64,000 bases of DNA from Candidatus Poribacteria bacterium (lineage in GTDB: Bacteria; Poribacteria; WGA-4E; WGA-3G). Positions 27,910 to 38,133 of this stretch are shown here, piece after piece (the stretch's first letter is position 1; the number at the start of each line of letters is the position of its first letter). Where the stretch lies: contig PYJD01000031.1 of the NCBI GenBank assembly GCA_003635315.1, positions 157,958 through 221,957 of the forward strand, given 5' to 3'. A program made the position numbers and the translations under genes. The notes under the pieces were generated by a model, which was not told the origin of the DNA, did no database searches, and saw only the letters and a program-made list of their open reading frames with translations.

Positions 27910-28200
27910 ATGTTAAAGAATCCATCAAGAACACTTTTTTATTTTTTTACACAAATTCGTAAATTGGCTATAAACATAGGTGGCTACTTACCTAACAGCG
28001 AATATACAAAAATTGAGGTGACAGAAAAAAGTTACGATTTCGTAACTTTTTCAAACAATAGTAATAAAGAAATTACAAACTTTCCGAAGCGGTCAAAATC
28101 ATCTAAAAATAAGAACAGCAAAACTGGTAAAAGTGTATATTGGATCTTCATCGGAAATGTAAGGAAGATACAAAATCCCACAATTTCCGAATTATTATAA
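27910..28200 (+). CDS. Hypothetical small basic protein (96 aa)
   Basis: ORF downstream of a consensus promoter; no recognisable domain and no ribosome-binding site. Confidence 0.25.
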   Translation: MLKNPSRTLFYFFTQIRKLAINIGGYLPNSEYTKIEVTEKSYDFVTFSNNSNKEITNFPKRSKSSKNKNSKTGKSVYWIFIGNVRKIQNPTISELL

Positions 28201-28477
28201 TTCTAATAAAAACACCGATGAACACAGACTGTGACAGGGCGGACAGCGGTTTTTATAATGACACACAATGTGTCAAAAAGTGTAACATTTTAAACATACT
28301 AATATATAATATATTACTATTGTTAATTAGAAAAATGGTGTAAATTACGGAGAATTACTTGGTTAAATATATAGGTATAGTGAAAAATAAAGATACCTTA
28401 AAAATAAGATTTAGGTGATATATTCCAAACTGATAATATAGGTTTTTGAGATATGTGATAGATAACAAATTACATCT

Positions 28478-28587
28478 AATACCATTTCTAATTGATGAAC
28501 TCTATTTTTTGTAGCACAAACTTTTAGTTTGTGTCTTCCCAGTTTCATTCCTAACTGCCGGTAATGGGACAATAATAAATAGAAATG
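28478..28587 (+). mobile_element. MITE-A copy
   Basis: ATACCATTTCTAATT...TGTAGCACAAACTTTTAGTTTGTGTC...AAATAGAAATGGTAT; track ORF 28411..28617 is spurious. Confidence 0.7.
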
Positions 28588-28876
28588 GTATAACAACAGA
28601 CAATAACTATAATCCAATAATATACTATTAGATAAACCAGAATCCTACTATTTTCACGCTTTCTAAACTTGCAATTATGGATAAAATAAGGTATAATAAT
28701 ACTGAAATTGTACAATAAATTAATAATATTCGAAGATATTTTTGGTTAAAATTCTACTGCTTACTCCTTACCTCAAGAGCAACTACTTCTCAACTTATAC
28801 TTATAGGATTTTAGCTTACTTGAATGATAGAAAGATATTATTAAACGCTCTCTCAGGTAAATGTATTGAGGAATAA

Positions 28877-29890
<1,014 letters not shown>

Positions 29891-29895
29891 TAGGT

Positions 29896-30657
29896 ATGAA
29901 TATGCGAACCCCAATCATAGCAGGTAATTGGAAACTTAATAAGACCGTTTCAGAGGCTGTTTCACTTACAATCGATTTAATTAAATTAGTTGATAAGATT
30001 TCAGATGTTGAAATAGTAATCGCACCCGTTTTTACGGCTTTATCCGATGTACATGATGCAATTAATGGCAGTAACATTCAATTGGCTGCACAAGATGTCT
30101 ACTGGGAGGACAGCGGGGCTTTTACAGGAGAAGTTTCTGCACCGATGCTAAAGGATGTCGGTTGTGATTACGTTATAATAGGACATTCTGAAAGACGCCA
30201 ATACTTTGCTGAAACAAATGAGTCTGTGAATCAGAAAGTTAAAGCTGCATTATCTCATGATTTAAAGCCTATTATCTGTGTCGGTGAACTTCTTGAAGAA
30301 CGAGAAGCAGGAAAAACAGAATCTGTAATAGAAGATCATGTTAAAGGAGCAATTGTTGATCTAAGTGTTTCTGAAATGGAATCTTGTGTCATTGCTTATG
30401 AACCTGTCTGGGCAATTGGGACAGGTAAAACTGCCACTCCTGATCAAGCACAAGAAGTTCACAATTTTATCAGAAATATCCTGGAAGATTGCTATTCTGA
30501 TAAACTCGCATCACAAATCAGGATTCAGTATGGCGGAAGTGTAAAACCTGAAAATGCAGAAGAACTAATGTCTCAACCAGATGTAGACGGGGCACTTGTA
30601 GGGGGTGCAAGTCTTGACGCTGAATCTTTTGCCGAAATTGTCAAACAATCAAGATAG
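29896..30657 (+). CDS. tpiA: Triosephosphate isomerase
   Basis: IAGNWKLN, GHSERR, AYEPVWAIGTGKTAT motifs. Start placed at ATG 29896 (MNMRTPIIAGNWK) rather than the overlapping 29842. Confidence 0.9.
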   Translation: MNMRTPIIAGNWKLNKTVSEAVSLTIDLIKLVDKISDVEIVIAPVFTALSDVHDAINGSNIQLAAQDVYWEDSGAFTGEVSAPMLKDVGCDYVIIGHSERRQYFAETNESVNQKVKAALSHDLKPIICVGELLEEREAGKTESVIEDHVKGAIVDLSVSEMESCVIAYEPVWAIGTGKTATPDQAQEVHNFIRNILEDCYSDKLASQIRIQYGGSVKPENAEELMSQPDVDGALVGGASLDAESFAEIVKQSR

Positions 30658-30814
30658 TTTATATAAAATATATGAAAATAATGTGAGTTCTAACTAAGTG
30701 TCATAAAATACTAATGACTTGAATACTGTTTTACATCCAGGGTATATGTGTTTCTAACTGTCCTGATGCAAAATAGTGGTAATACCGAACTCATAAAGAA
30801 TTAAAGAGGGAAAA

Positions 30815-31255
30815 ATGGGAGCAATAGTAACATTAGTCATAATCGTTTTTGTACCTGTATGTGTTGTCCTAACACTTATTATACTTTTACAAGACAGTAA
30901 GGGTGAGGGACTCTCTTCAAGTGCATTCGGCGGATCAGGAATGGAATCCGTTTTAGGTGGTCATGGTGCAGCTTCTTTTTTAAGTAAACTGACAACTTGG
31001 GTTGCAATAGGTTTCATGGTTATTTCACTGTTTCTAATGCGGTTTTATGGTGAATCAGTTGATGGAACACTGACTCCTTACGAAGAGGAAAATACTGAAC
31101 AGACCCAACAAGCAACAGTTGAAGATCAGGAAAATGCAGAAGATTCTAAGGGCGCAATAACAGACATTTCTGAAGAATCAACCGATGATGGTACAACTAC
31201 AGAAGAAACAACTGATACAACCGATGAAGATACTAAAGGTACCATCTCTCCATAG
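30815..31255 (+). CDS. secG: Preprotein translocase subunit SecG with a ~70-aa acidic C-terminal extension
   Basis: Two TM helices with LLQDSKGEGL...FGGSG SecG motif. Conserved gap-tpiA-secG synteny. D/E/T-rich tail. Confidence 0.75.
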   Translation: MGAIVTLVIIVFVPVCVVLTLIILLQDSKGEGLSSSAFGGSGMESVLGGHGAASFLSKLTTWVAIGFMVISLFLMRFYGESVDGTLTPYEEENTEQTQQATVEDQENAEDSKGAITDISEESTDDGTTTEETTDTTDEDTKGTISP

Positions 31256-31273
31256 GAAGTTACTGAATATTAC

Positions 31274-31768
31274 GTGTCTGAAAAACAACAGAACAAAGTT
31301 AGTCAAGATTCATCTGATACAATTGGGAATCAACAATCAACTCCTGAACTCTCTTGGAGAGTCCACCCCATTGTAGAAAATAGGATAAAAACAGTTCTGT
31401 TACTGTTGTTTCTATCCACTATACTTAGTATCATCTACTTCAGTTTTCAATCCGTTGTCGTCCTATTTCTATCTGCGTGTCTACTCATTGGACCACTGTA
31501 CAAGTATTTCCTTCCATACAACTACCATTGTAGGATAGACACGCTTACTGTCTCAACTTGTTGCTCCAACACAGATCGTATGTGGGATTCTTTTAGAAGT
31601 TCCTACGTCGACAAAAATGGTATTCTGCTCAGTCCATTTGCTAAACCTACACGTCTCGAAAACTTCCGTGGCATCTATGTCCGTTTCGGAAAACACCCTC
31701 CAGAAGAAATCGTTAATTATATCCAAACCAAAATTAGTACGGAGTTAAAAGATGACTCTCCAAAATAA
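31274..31768 (+). CDS. Hypothetical membrane protein
   Basis: Two predicted TM helices; no recognisable motif. Confidence 0.35.
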   Translation: MSEKQQNKVSQDSSDTIGNQQSTPELSWRVHPIVENRIKTVLLLLFLSTILSIIYFSFQSVVVLFLSACLLIGPLYKYFLPYNYHCRIDTLTVSTCCSNTDRMWDSFRSSYVDKNGILLSPFAKPTRLENFRGIYVRFGKHPPEEIVNYIQTKISTELKDDSPK

Positions 31769-33032
31769 CAATTCAGATGGAATAATCAGATCTGATGAAA
31801 AGTTAAAGATTGCTATTGAGAATATCGTAGAAAATCAAGAAATCATTGACATACATACACACCTTTTCAGTCCCCCTTTTGGGGATCTCTTGTTATGGGG
31901 TATTGACGAACTTCTCACTTACCATTACCTAATAGCAGAAGTATTTCGTAAATCAGATGTTACCTACGATGAATTTTGGGCAATGGATAAGACACAACAA
32001 GCAGATCTGATATGGCAGAAACTTTTTATTGAGAATTCACCAATTAGTGAAGCCTGTCGTGGGGTTGTTACCACATTAGATAAATTAGGATTGGATGTTA
32101 GTTCAAGGAATCTTCAAGACTACCGCGATTATTTCAGTAGTACATCGGTTGAAGCATTTATTGATACAGTTTTTAAACAGTCGAATGTCAATAAAGTTGT
32201 CATGACAAACGATCCCTTTGATCCTGAAGAAGGACCTGTATGGGAAACAGGAGATACCGGTGATACACGTTTTGAAGCAGCACTTCGTATGGATGTTCTA
32301 ATTAATAACTATGAAGAAACGGCGTATGAACACTTACGCGGTCTCGGGTATGATGTTGACCCGACCCTTTCAACCGAAAAAGGATATAAAGAGGTGAGAC
32401 GTTTTTTAGAATCCTGGATCCAACGTATGAATCCAAGATATATGGCAGTTTCACTCCCACCTGATTTCCAATATCCTGATGATGGCGTACTTGGAAGGTT
32501 GTTCGACAACTGTATATTGCCGATTTCACGGGAGTACAATGTACCATTTGCACTTATGATAGGCGTTAAACGTGCAGTAAATCCCAATCTTAGAATGGCT
32601 GGGGATGGAACAGGTAAAGCTGATTTAGATAGTCTTGAAACGCTACTCCGTGAGAATCAAGACAACAAGTTTCTCGTCACACTCCTATCTCGTGAAAACC
32701 AGCATGAACTCTGTGTTATTGGTAGAAAATTCAAGAATCTAATGATATTTGGATGTTGGTGGTTTATGAACAATCCCAGTGTAATTGAGGAAATCACACG
32801 TGAAAGGATGGAGCTGCTCGGATTAAGCATTATCCCCCAACATTCGGATGCAAGAATCTTAGATCAACTCATTTATAAATGGAGTCATTCACGGCAAATC
32901 ATTTCTGATGTGCTTTACGAGAAATACAAGACACTTCTAAATGTAGGTTGGTCACTAACCCCCTCAGAAATCGAACGAGATGTTAACAACTTATTTGGTG
33001 GTAACTTTGAACATTTCCTGAGTAAAAATTAG
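31752..33032 (+). CDS. Glucuronate isomerase (UxaC)-like TIM-barrel amidohydrolase-superfamily protein
   Basis: IIDIHTHLFSP resembles UxaC IFDYHCHLPP; FGCWWFMNN resembles UxaC GSGWWFND; 426 aa. Confidence 0.45.
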   Translation: MTLQNNNSDGIIRSDEKLKIAIENIVENQEIIDIHTHLFSPPFGDLLLWGIDELLTYHYLIAEVFRKSDVTYDEFWAMDKTQQADLIWQKLFIENSPISEACRGVVTTLDKLGLDVSSRNLQDYRDYFSSTSVEAFIDTVFKQSNVNKVVMTNDPFDPEEGPVWETGDTGDTRFEAALRMDVLINNYEETAYEHLRGLGYDVDPTLSTEKGYKEVRRFLESWIQRMNPRYMAVSLPPDFQYPDDGVLGRLFDNCILPISREYNVPFALMIGVKRAVNPNLRMAGDGTGKADLDSLETLLRENQDNKFLVTLLSRENQHELCVIGRKFKNLMIFGCWWFMNNPSVIEEITRERMELLGLSIIPQHSDARILDQLIYKWSHSRQIISDVLYEKYKTLLNVGWSLTPSEIERDVNNLFGGNFEHFLSKN

Positions 33033-33039
33033 TTATTTC

Positions 33040-33076
33040 TAATTTGAGTTAATTCATGAAAATGTCTATATTTATG
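33040..33076. terminator. Hairpin between convergent genes (GTTAATTCAT-16 nt-ATGAATTAAC)
   Basis: Perfect 10-bp stem. Confidence 0.5.
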
Positions 33077-33078
33077 AA

Positions 33079-33390
33079 TTAACAACCACACGGAGTTGAG
33101 CTGCATTTAGGACATCCATCCGTATAAATCTCTGCTGCATCTTCAAGAGAAATCCCCAGCAAACTCGCTAAAGTAGATAACCACGCAAATACATCTGCCA
33201 ATTCTTCACGCAATCGTTCCAAATCCCGCGGACACTTTCGTATCTCTTTAGCTAATTCTCCTACTTCCTCAACAAACCAAGTAAAAGTAAGAGGTACACC
33301 GCGTTCTGCATCCCGTTCATAATAGATAGCTTCTATCTGTTCTTGAAATTTTTGAATTGTCATACTACTCCTTTGTTTGTATAATAGCAT
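33079..33390 (-). CDS. MazG-like nucleotide pyrophosphohydrolase (short form) with Cys-rich C-terminus
   Basis: EEVGELAKEI...ELADVFAWL MazG EExxE/ELxD motifs; C-terminal CPKCSSTPCGC. Confidence 0.65.
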   Translation of the reverse strand: MLLYKQRSSMTIQKFQEQIEAIYYERDAERGVPLTFTWFVEEVGELAKEIRKCPRDLERLREELADVFAWLSTLASLLGISLEDAAEIYTDGCPKCSSTPCGC

Positions 33391-33514
33391 AGGTTTTTAG
33401 AGGTATCAAATCTAAAATCTTGCCGATTCAAACCTAAAATCCAACTAACCATATAATCTCATACATGTTATAAAAACACAGTAATCTGTATGTCTATACT
33501 TCAAGGAATAATCA

Positions 33515-34585
33515 ATGCAGACACACCTATATCTATCAATAGCCGGTGAAAATCGAATAGCTATATATACATTTGACATTAGTAATGGAAAGATTGAGTT
33601 TCAAGAAAATGTAGAGGTTACCGGTTCTCCCGGTCCATTAACATTATCACCATGCGGTAATTATCTATATGCAGGACTCCGATCAAGTAAAGAAATTGCA
33701 TCCTTCAAAATTGATGAAAAAACAAAGAAACTCACATTATTACAAACAACTGAACTTGATGCAGACACATGCTATATAGCCACCGATAACACGGGTAAAT
33801 TCTTATTATCGGCATATTACGGGGCAGGTAAGGTTACAATTCATAAAATAGGGGATGATAAGACAGTACAAAGTGATACACTTCAAACCATCGAAACCGC
33901 ACCACACGCTCATTACATTGAAACTGATGCGTCCAACCGTTATGTTTTTGTCCCACACACTGTACCTGAAAATGCTATCTACCAGTTCCTCTTTGATCAG
34001 GATACGGGGATGTTGACTGAAAACCCTTTTGGGCATTATCATCCTGATGAACCACTTGGTCCTCGACATTATAGCGAAAGTCCGAATAAACCAATAATCT
34101 ATTCATCTAATGAACAAGGATCAAGTGTTTCTGCTTACAGATATAAGACAGCAGAAGACAATTCAAAATCAGATGGGGGGAAGACACCAGATAAACCGAA
34201 CTACACTGCACATGATGCACCTGGACTTTTATGGGAATTTCAAACAATTTCAAACCTACCAGACGATTTTGATGGAGATAATAGCTGTGCACAAATCCAT
34301 ATTGATCCTCACGGTAAGTTTCTCTATGCTACAAACCGTGGACATAATAGTGTTGCTATGTATTCAATTGATGAAAACACTGGGGAATTAACTGCTTTAG
34401 GACATCAACCCACAGAACCAGTTCCTCGGGTTTTTAATATAGATGAAACAGGGAACTTTCTTTTTGTCGGTGGTCGTGACTCTGGTAAACTGGCAACCTA
34501 CAAGATCAACCGTCAGAATGGGATATTATCTGAATTAGAGGTTTATGAAGTTGGAGAGACACCCATGTGGGTATTATTTCTATAG
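33515..34585 (+). CDS. 6-phosphogluconolactonase-type lactonase (7-bladed beta-propeller, YbhE/Pgl family)
   Basis: N-terminus LYLSIAGENRIAIYTFD...GSPGPLTLSPCGNYLYAG and repeated propeller blades, characteristic of Lactonase/3-carboxymuconate cyclase-like proteins. Confidence 0.6.
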   Translation: MQTHLYLSIAGENRIAIYTFDISNGKIEFQENVEVTGSPGPLTLSPCGNYLYAGLRSSKEIASFKIDEKTKKLTLLQTTELDADTCYIATDNTGKFLLSAYYGAGKVTIHKIGDDKTVQSDTLQTIETAPHAHYIETDASNRYVFVPHTVPENAIYQFLFDQDTGMLTENPFGHYHPDEPLGPRHYSESPNKPIIYSSNEQGSSVSAYRYKTAEDNSKSDGGKTPDKPNYTAHDAPGLLWEFQTISNLPDDFDGDNSCAQIHIDPHGKFLYATNRGHNSVAMYSIDENTGELTALGHQPTEPVPRVFNIDETGNFLFVGGRDSGKLATYKINRQNGILSELEVYEVGETPMWVLFL

Positions 34586-34678
34586 TTGCGTAGGAATTTT
34601 CAGATAGGAAGTATTCTTTGATTACCTATCGTATAGGTGTTTAACAAAAGTTTCAAATTCTTTGTATTCATATAAAAA

Positions 34679-34709
34679 ATGGGTATGGTAAAAAACCATA
34701 CCCATGAAT
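34679..34709 (-). terminator. Rho-independent terminator for the selenoprotein gene (ATGGGTATGGT-loop-ACCATACCCAT, then UUUUUUAU on the minus strand)
   Basis: Perfect 11-bp stem 11 bp past the stop codon of 34720..34950. Confidence 0.75.
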
Positions 34710-34719
34710 ACATTAATTA

Positions 34720-34950
34720 CTATAGCTTATCAATTGAGGTTGTAATCTGTTCATCTGATGGGAATTTCCCAGTCTCTAACTTGGAATAGAGCAAGTCATC
34801 ATTCACAAATACCTCAAATGCCCCACCACTACTGGGAATTAAGTTAACTTTTTTTACTTGTCCACCATACTTTGATTCTAAGGCTTCTGCCAAACTGGCT
34901 GCCTTCGGTTTATAGTTTCAAGAAGTGCAATACTCAATTCTAATATCCAT
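34720..34950 (-). CDS. selW: SelW/Rdx-family selenoprotein (76 aa) with in-frame UGA = Sec at codon 11 (CxxU motif). Not in the ORF track.
   Basis: Minus-strand translation MDIRIEYCTS-U(TGA at 34918..34920)-NYKPKAASLAEALESKYGGQVKKVNLIPSSGGAFEVFVNDDLLYSKLETGKFPSDEQITTSIDKL*. Strong match to SelW (vYCGAUGYKPKY...GfFEVtVaGkLVhSK). AGGAGG ribosome-binding site 10 nt upstream; TTGCAC-17-TAAAAT promoter; hairpin starting 11 nt after the UGA. Confidence 0.8.
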
Positions 34951-34987
34951 TTTATATAATCCTCCTAACTGAATGTCAGATTAATTA

Positions 34988-35016
34988 ATTTTACCAAATA
35001 ACCCCAAGAAGTGCAA
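34988..35016 (-). promoter_or_regulatory. Sigma-70-like promoter for the selenoprotein gene (TTGCAC-17-TAAAAT on the minus strand)
   Basis: The -10 element ends ~38 nt upstream of the ATG. Confidence 0.5.
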
Positions 35017-35089
35017 GTTTTTCTACCGTCTTGCTCTTGACACACCTAACATTCAACAGGTATAATATTCTAAGAAATTAAGGTAAAAA

Positions 35090-37132
35090 ATGAAAGATTT
35101 AATGACAAATAATAACACTACTTATACTTCCATCCGACATATATCTATTATCGTATTCCTATCCGCATTCCTGATATTAAAAAATACTTATGCCATAGAT
35201 TATATCAAATATGAACGAGAATTCTCTGGTAAAGGATCTACACAAGGTTCATTTGGGAAGGATATCCATCTTACATTCAATAACGGCATTTACGTCTCTG
35301 ATACAGAAAACAGATTAATCCAGAAACTATCACCAACCGGTGAATTCCTATTCCAAATACCCGCCAATCCTGAATCAAACGAGAATTTGTTAGAAAAACC
35401 AGGACATCTGGTTGTTGATAGCTCTGGGAACATATATGTCACAGATATTACTGCTCATCATATTGCAGAAACTGCAGAACCCAAAATCTATATTTTCACA
35501 CCATGTGTATTTAAGTTCAATTCCTCAGGTGAACTATTACATACATACTTTGTTGATCCTGTAGACGAACAACCAGGTGTTGTTCTACCTGCGAAATTAA
35601 TTATTGATGAAAATGGCAAAACAGCATTTGGTATACAACCCACTGGTCATGACAGATCATTACGTGTTGCAATTAACCCACAAAACCATCTGTTTGTATT
35701 GGATGCTAAACGCGGACGAATACATAAATTTGATGTTGATGGAACTAAGTTGAAAACCTTTGGTAGATATGGGGCAGGGGAAGGGGAATTCGATAAGGAT
35801 TCTGCTGATATTGCAATTGATCTCAGAGGAAATGTCTTTGTAGCTGATACCGGTAATAACCGTATTGTGAAATTTGATTCCAATGGGAATTTTGTGCGTG
35901 CATTTGGTACAAAAGGTAGAGATAACAGTGAATTTATTAGACCTAATAGTCTGATTGCATTACCAACTGGTGAGATTTTAGTAAAGGATTCCAGTAAATT
36001 CCGTAGAAAAGTTGGGGGCTTACCAGAAGTTATCGCACTATCTCCCACCTTAACCCAGCTTGGGGATAGTACACCCAGACAAATAGAACTGGCTAATACC
36101 ATCTCAAATGCAACCCGTCCACAATATGGTCCATTTGCACATAATGACCTTACTCTCGGTGATACAGCAACAATGAACCGTCGGCTAAGATTACTTGAAG
36201 AGGCTGAGTATCGACGATATTATGAAGATTATGAAACAGATGACGAAAATGATGAAGAATTTGCCGATGAATTAAAACGGGTTGACATCCGTTTAACAAT
36301 GTTACATAATGTCGTCTCACGAATCCAGAAATTCGATAACAATGGGAATTACATAGATCGAATTATATATGAAATTGACCAGTTGAGTGAAGAAAAACAT
36401 GATCTGACTTTCCTCGATATTGATCCATCTGGGTTTTTGTATTTACGGGATACCAGCGACTTTACAATTACGCAATATTCTGTTACAGGTTTCACTGTGA
36501 AACCTTCCCATATGAATGGGTTTTATAGCACACGTGCTATCAATTTCAACAATAACTATCTTGAAGATTATGAGGATATAGACTTCTCTATAGATGTAGA
36601 TGATAAATTAAATCAGTTAGAACTTAAGAACTTATTTGGATGGACATATAGTCTTTCTGAAAAATGGTATCTAACCTTACTTGATGAGTTTACCTATGGA
36701 GAACAGGATGAACGTTATGTAACACCACCGAAGATAGAAGATAGTTTTGATTTTGAGACACAAGCTTTGGAGAATGCCTTTGCTGCAAATCTGAAATACA
36801 TTACAAATCCCAATCCTTATAGATATAAGGAATTTAACCTATCTGTGGGTAGAATCAATGGAACTTCAGACTTAACACAGGATGCTCTGTTCCCAGAAGT
36901 AAATAGACAACATAGGATTGATAGTGGAGATGCAAATTCTACTGTTCTTGAGGTGAATTGGGATGTTTGGTCACGAACGAATATATGGTTTAGATATGCG
37001 GATCTAAATCCTGCTGAGACAAGTAGGAATTTTATACGACGATTCTACGATGTGTCTGGGGATCTATATGAAGTATTTGGTAGTCGTAATGAAGCCAGAC
37101 AGTTCCTTGGTGAATTTACTATAAAGTTCTAA
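35090..37132 (+). CDS. Secreted NHL-repeat protein with an additional C-terminal domain ending in a beta-barrel-like ...TIKF
   Basis: Signal peptide; NHL repeats (RLIQKLSPTGEFLF, GHLVVDSSGNIYVTDI, GNNRIVKFDSNGNFV); acidic linker; C-terminal aromatic residue. Confidence 0.6.
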   Translation: MKDLMTNNNTTYTSIRHISIIVFLSAFLILKNTYAIDYIKYEREFSGKGSTQGSFGKDIHLTFNNGIYVSDTENRLIQKLSPTGEFLFQIPANPESNENLLEKPGHLVVDSSGNIYVTDITAHHIAETAEPKIYIFTPCVFKFNSSGELLHTYFVDPVDEQPGVVLPAKLIIDENGKTAFGIQPTGHDRSLRVAINPQNHLFVLDAKRGRIHKFDVDGTKLKTFGRYGAGEGEFDKDSADIAIDLRGNVFVADTGNNRIVKFDSNGNFVRAFGTKGRDNSEFIRPNSLIALPTGEILVKDSSKFRRKVGGLPEVIALSPTLTQLGDSTPRQIELANTISNATRPQYGPFAHNDLTLGDTATMNRRLRLLEEAEYRRYYEDYETDDENDEEFADELKRVDIRLTMLHNVVSRIQKFDNNGNYIDRIIYEIDQLSEEKHDLTFLDIDPSGFLYLRDTSDFTITQYSVTGFTVKPSHMNGFYSTRAINFNNNYLEDYEDIDFSIDVDDKLNQLELKNLFGWTYSLSEKWYLTLLDEFTYGEQDERYVTPPKIEDSFDFETQALENAFAANLKYITNPNPYRYKEFNLSVGRINGTSDLTQDALFPEVNRQHRIDSGDANSTVLEVNWDVWSRTNIWFRYADLNPAETSRNFIRRFYDVSGDLYEVFGSRNEARQFLGEFTIKF

Positions 37133-38122
37133 TTGAGATTGGATATGGAATATAGAGCACTTAATCCTTATGAATTTGAAGCATGGCTTGATCATGTAAC
37201 ACATGTATTTTCTGCTGGTCGTCAATATTTCTCAAATCATTGGTACAACGATCCTTGGAAGGACTTTGAGGGAATTCGCGTTGCTGTTGACAATGGACAA
37301 ATTGTTAGTACTGTTCGTGTTTTTATTCGAAAAATGTATTTTCATGGTGAACAAATAACTGTTGGTGGTATAGGAGAAGTCAGTACAAGAACTGAATATA
37401 GGAAAAAAGGTATTGCTACGCAGTTATTATTGGACTCCATTGAATTTATGAAATCCAGAAACATTGCCATCTCAATGTTACACGGAAGTCAACGAATCTA
37501 CTCAATTGAGGGATGGGAAAAAGTTGACAGATATATAGCTAAAAATACTATAATTGGAAAAGAGCAGCAAGAGTGGAATATTCGTCCAATAAACTTTGAG
37601 GACACCAACGAAGTAAAACAGATTGCAGATCTACACCATCATTATTCACGAAGATTCAACGGTATCTTTGTAAGGGATGAAATGGATTATTGGACTAACT
37701 GGGTAAAAACAGAATCCTCAAATATGTGGATTGCAGAACGAAACGGTAATATTGATGGATATGTTTCTGCAAATAGACATAATGGACATCTCAACATTAA
37801 GGAGTTTGCTGCATCAGATTCAGTATTTCAGGATGGGACTGAGAATTTATTCTTTGAAACTATGATTTCTGATATAATTACCAAATTGGATGAAGAAAAA
37901 CTTGACATAGACTATCCTGCTCCTATTGGTGCCGGATTTAATGCACCAGTAGTCGAAAAATATGGTAGTACGATGTATCGAGTAATACAACCCACAGCGT
38001 TCAAAGATAAAATGCAGCAAGAATTATCCGATGAGCTGCCGAATCTTCTGCATAGCCAATCTGCATCAAATGCAAAGGATATCAAATCACATCATATCTT
38101 CTGGACTACTGATGGGTTTTAG
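37133..38122 (+). CDS. GNAT-family N-acetyltransferase (extended, Eis-like architecture)
   Basis: Acetyl-CoA binding motif RTEYRKKGIATQLL (R/Q-x-x-G-x-G/A); 329 aa. Confidence 0.5.
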   Translation: MRLDMEYRALNPYEFEAWLDHVTHVFSAGRQYFSNHWYNDPWKDFEGIRVAVDNGQIVSTVRVFIRKMYFHGEQITVGGIGEVSTRTEYRKKGIATQLLLDSIEFMKSRNIAISMLHGSQRIYSIEGWEKVDRYIAKNTIIGKEQQEWNIRPINFEDTNEVKQIADLHHHYSRRFNGIFVRDEMDYWTNWVKTESSNMWIAERNGNIDGYVSANRHNGHLNIKEFAASDSVFQDGTENLFFETMISDIITKLDEEKLDIDYPAPIGAGFNAPVVEKYGSTMYRVIQPTAFKDKMQQELSDELPNLLHSQSASNAKDIKSHHIFWTTDGF

Positions 38123-38133
38123 AGGAGTAAATT

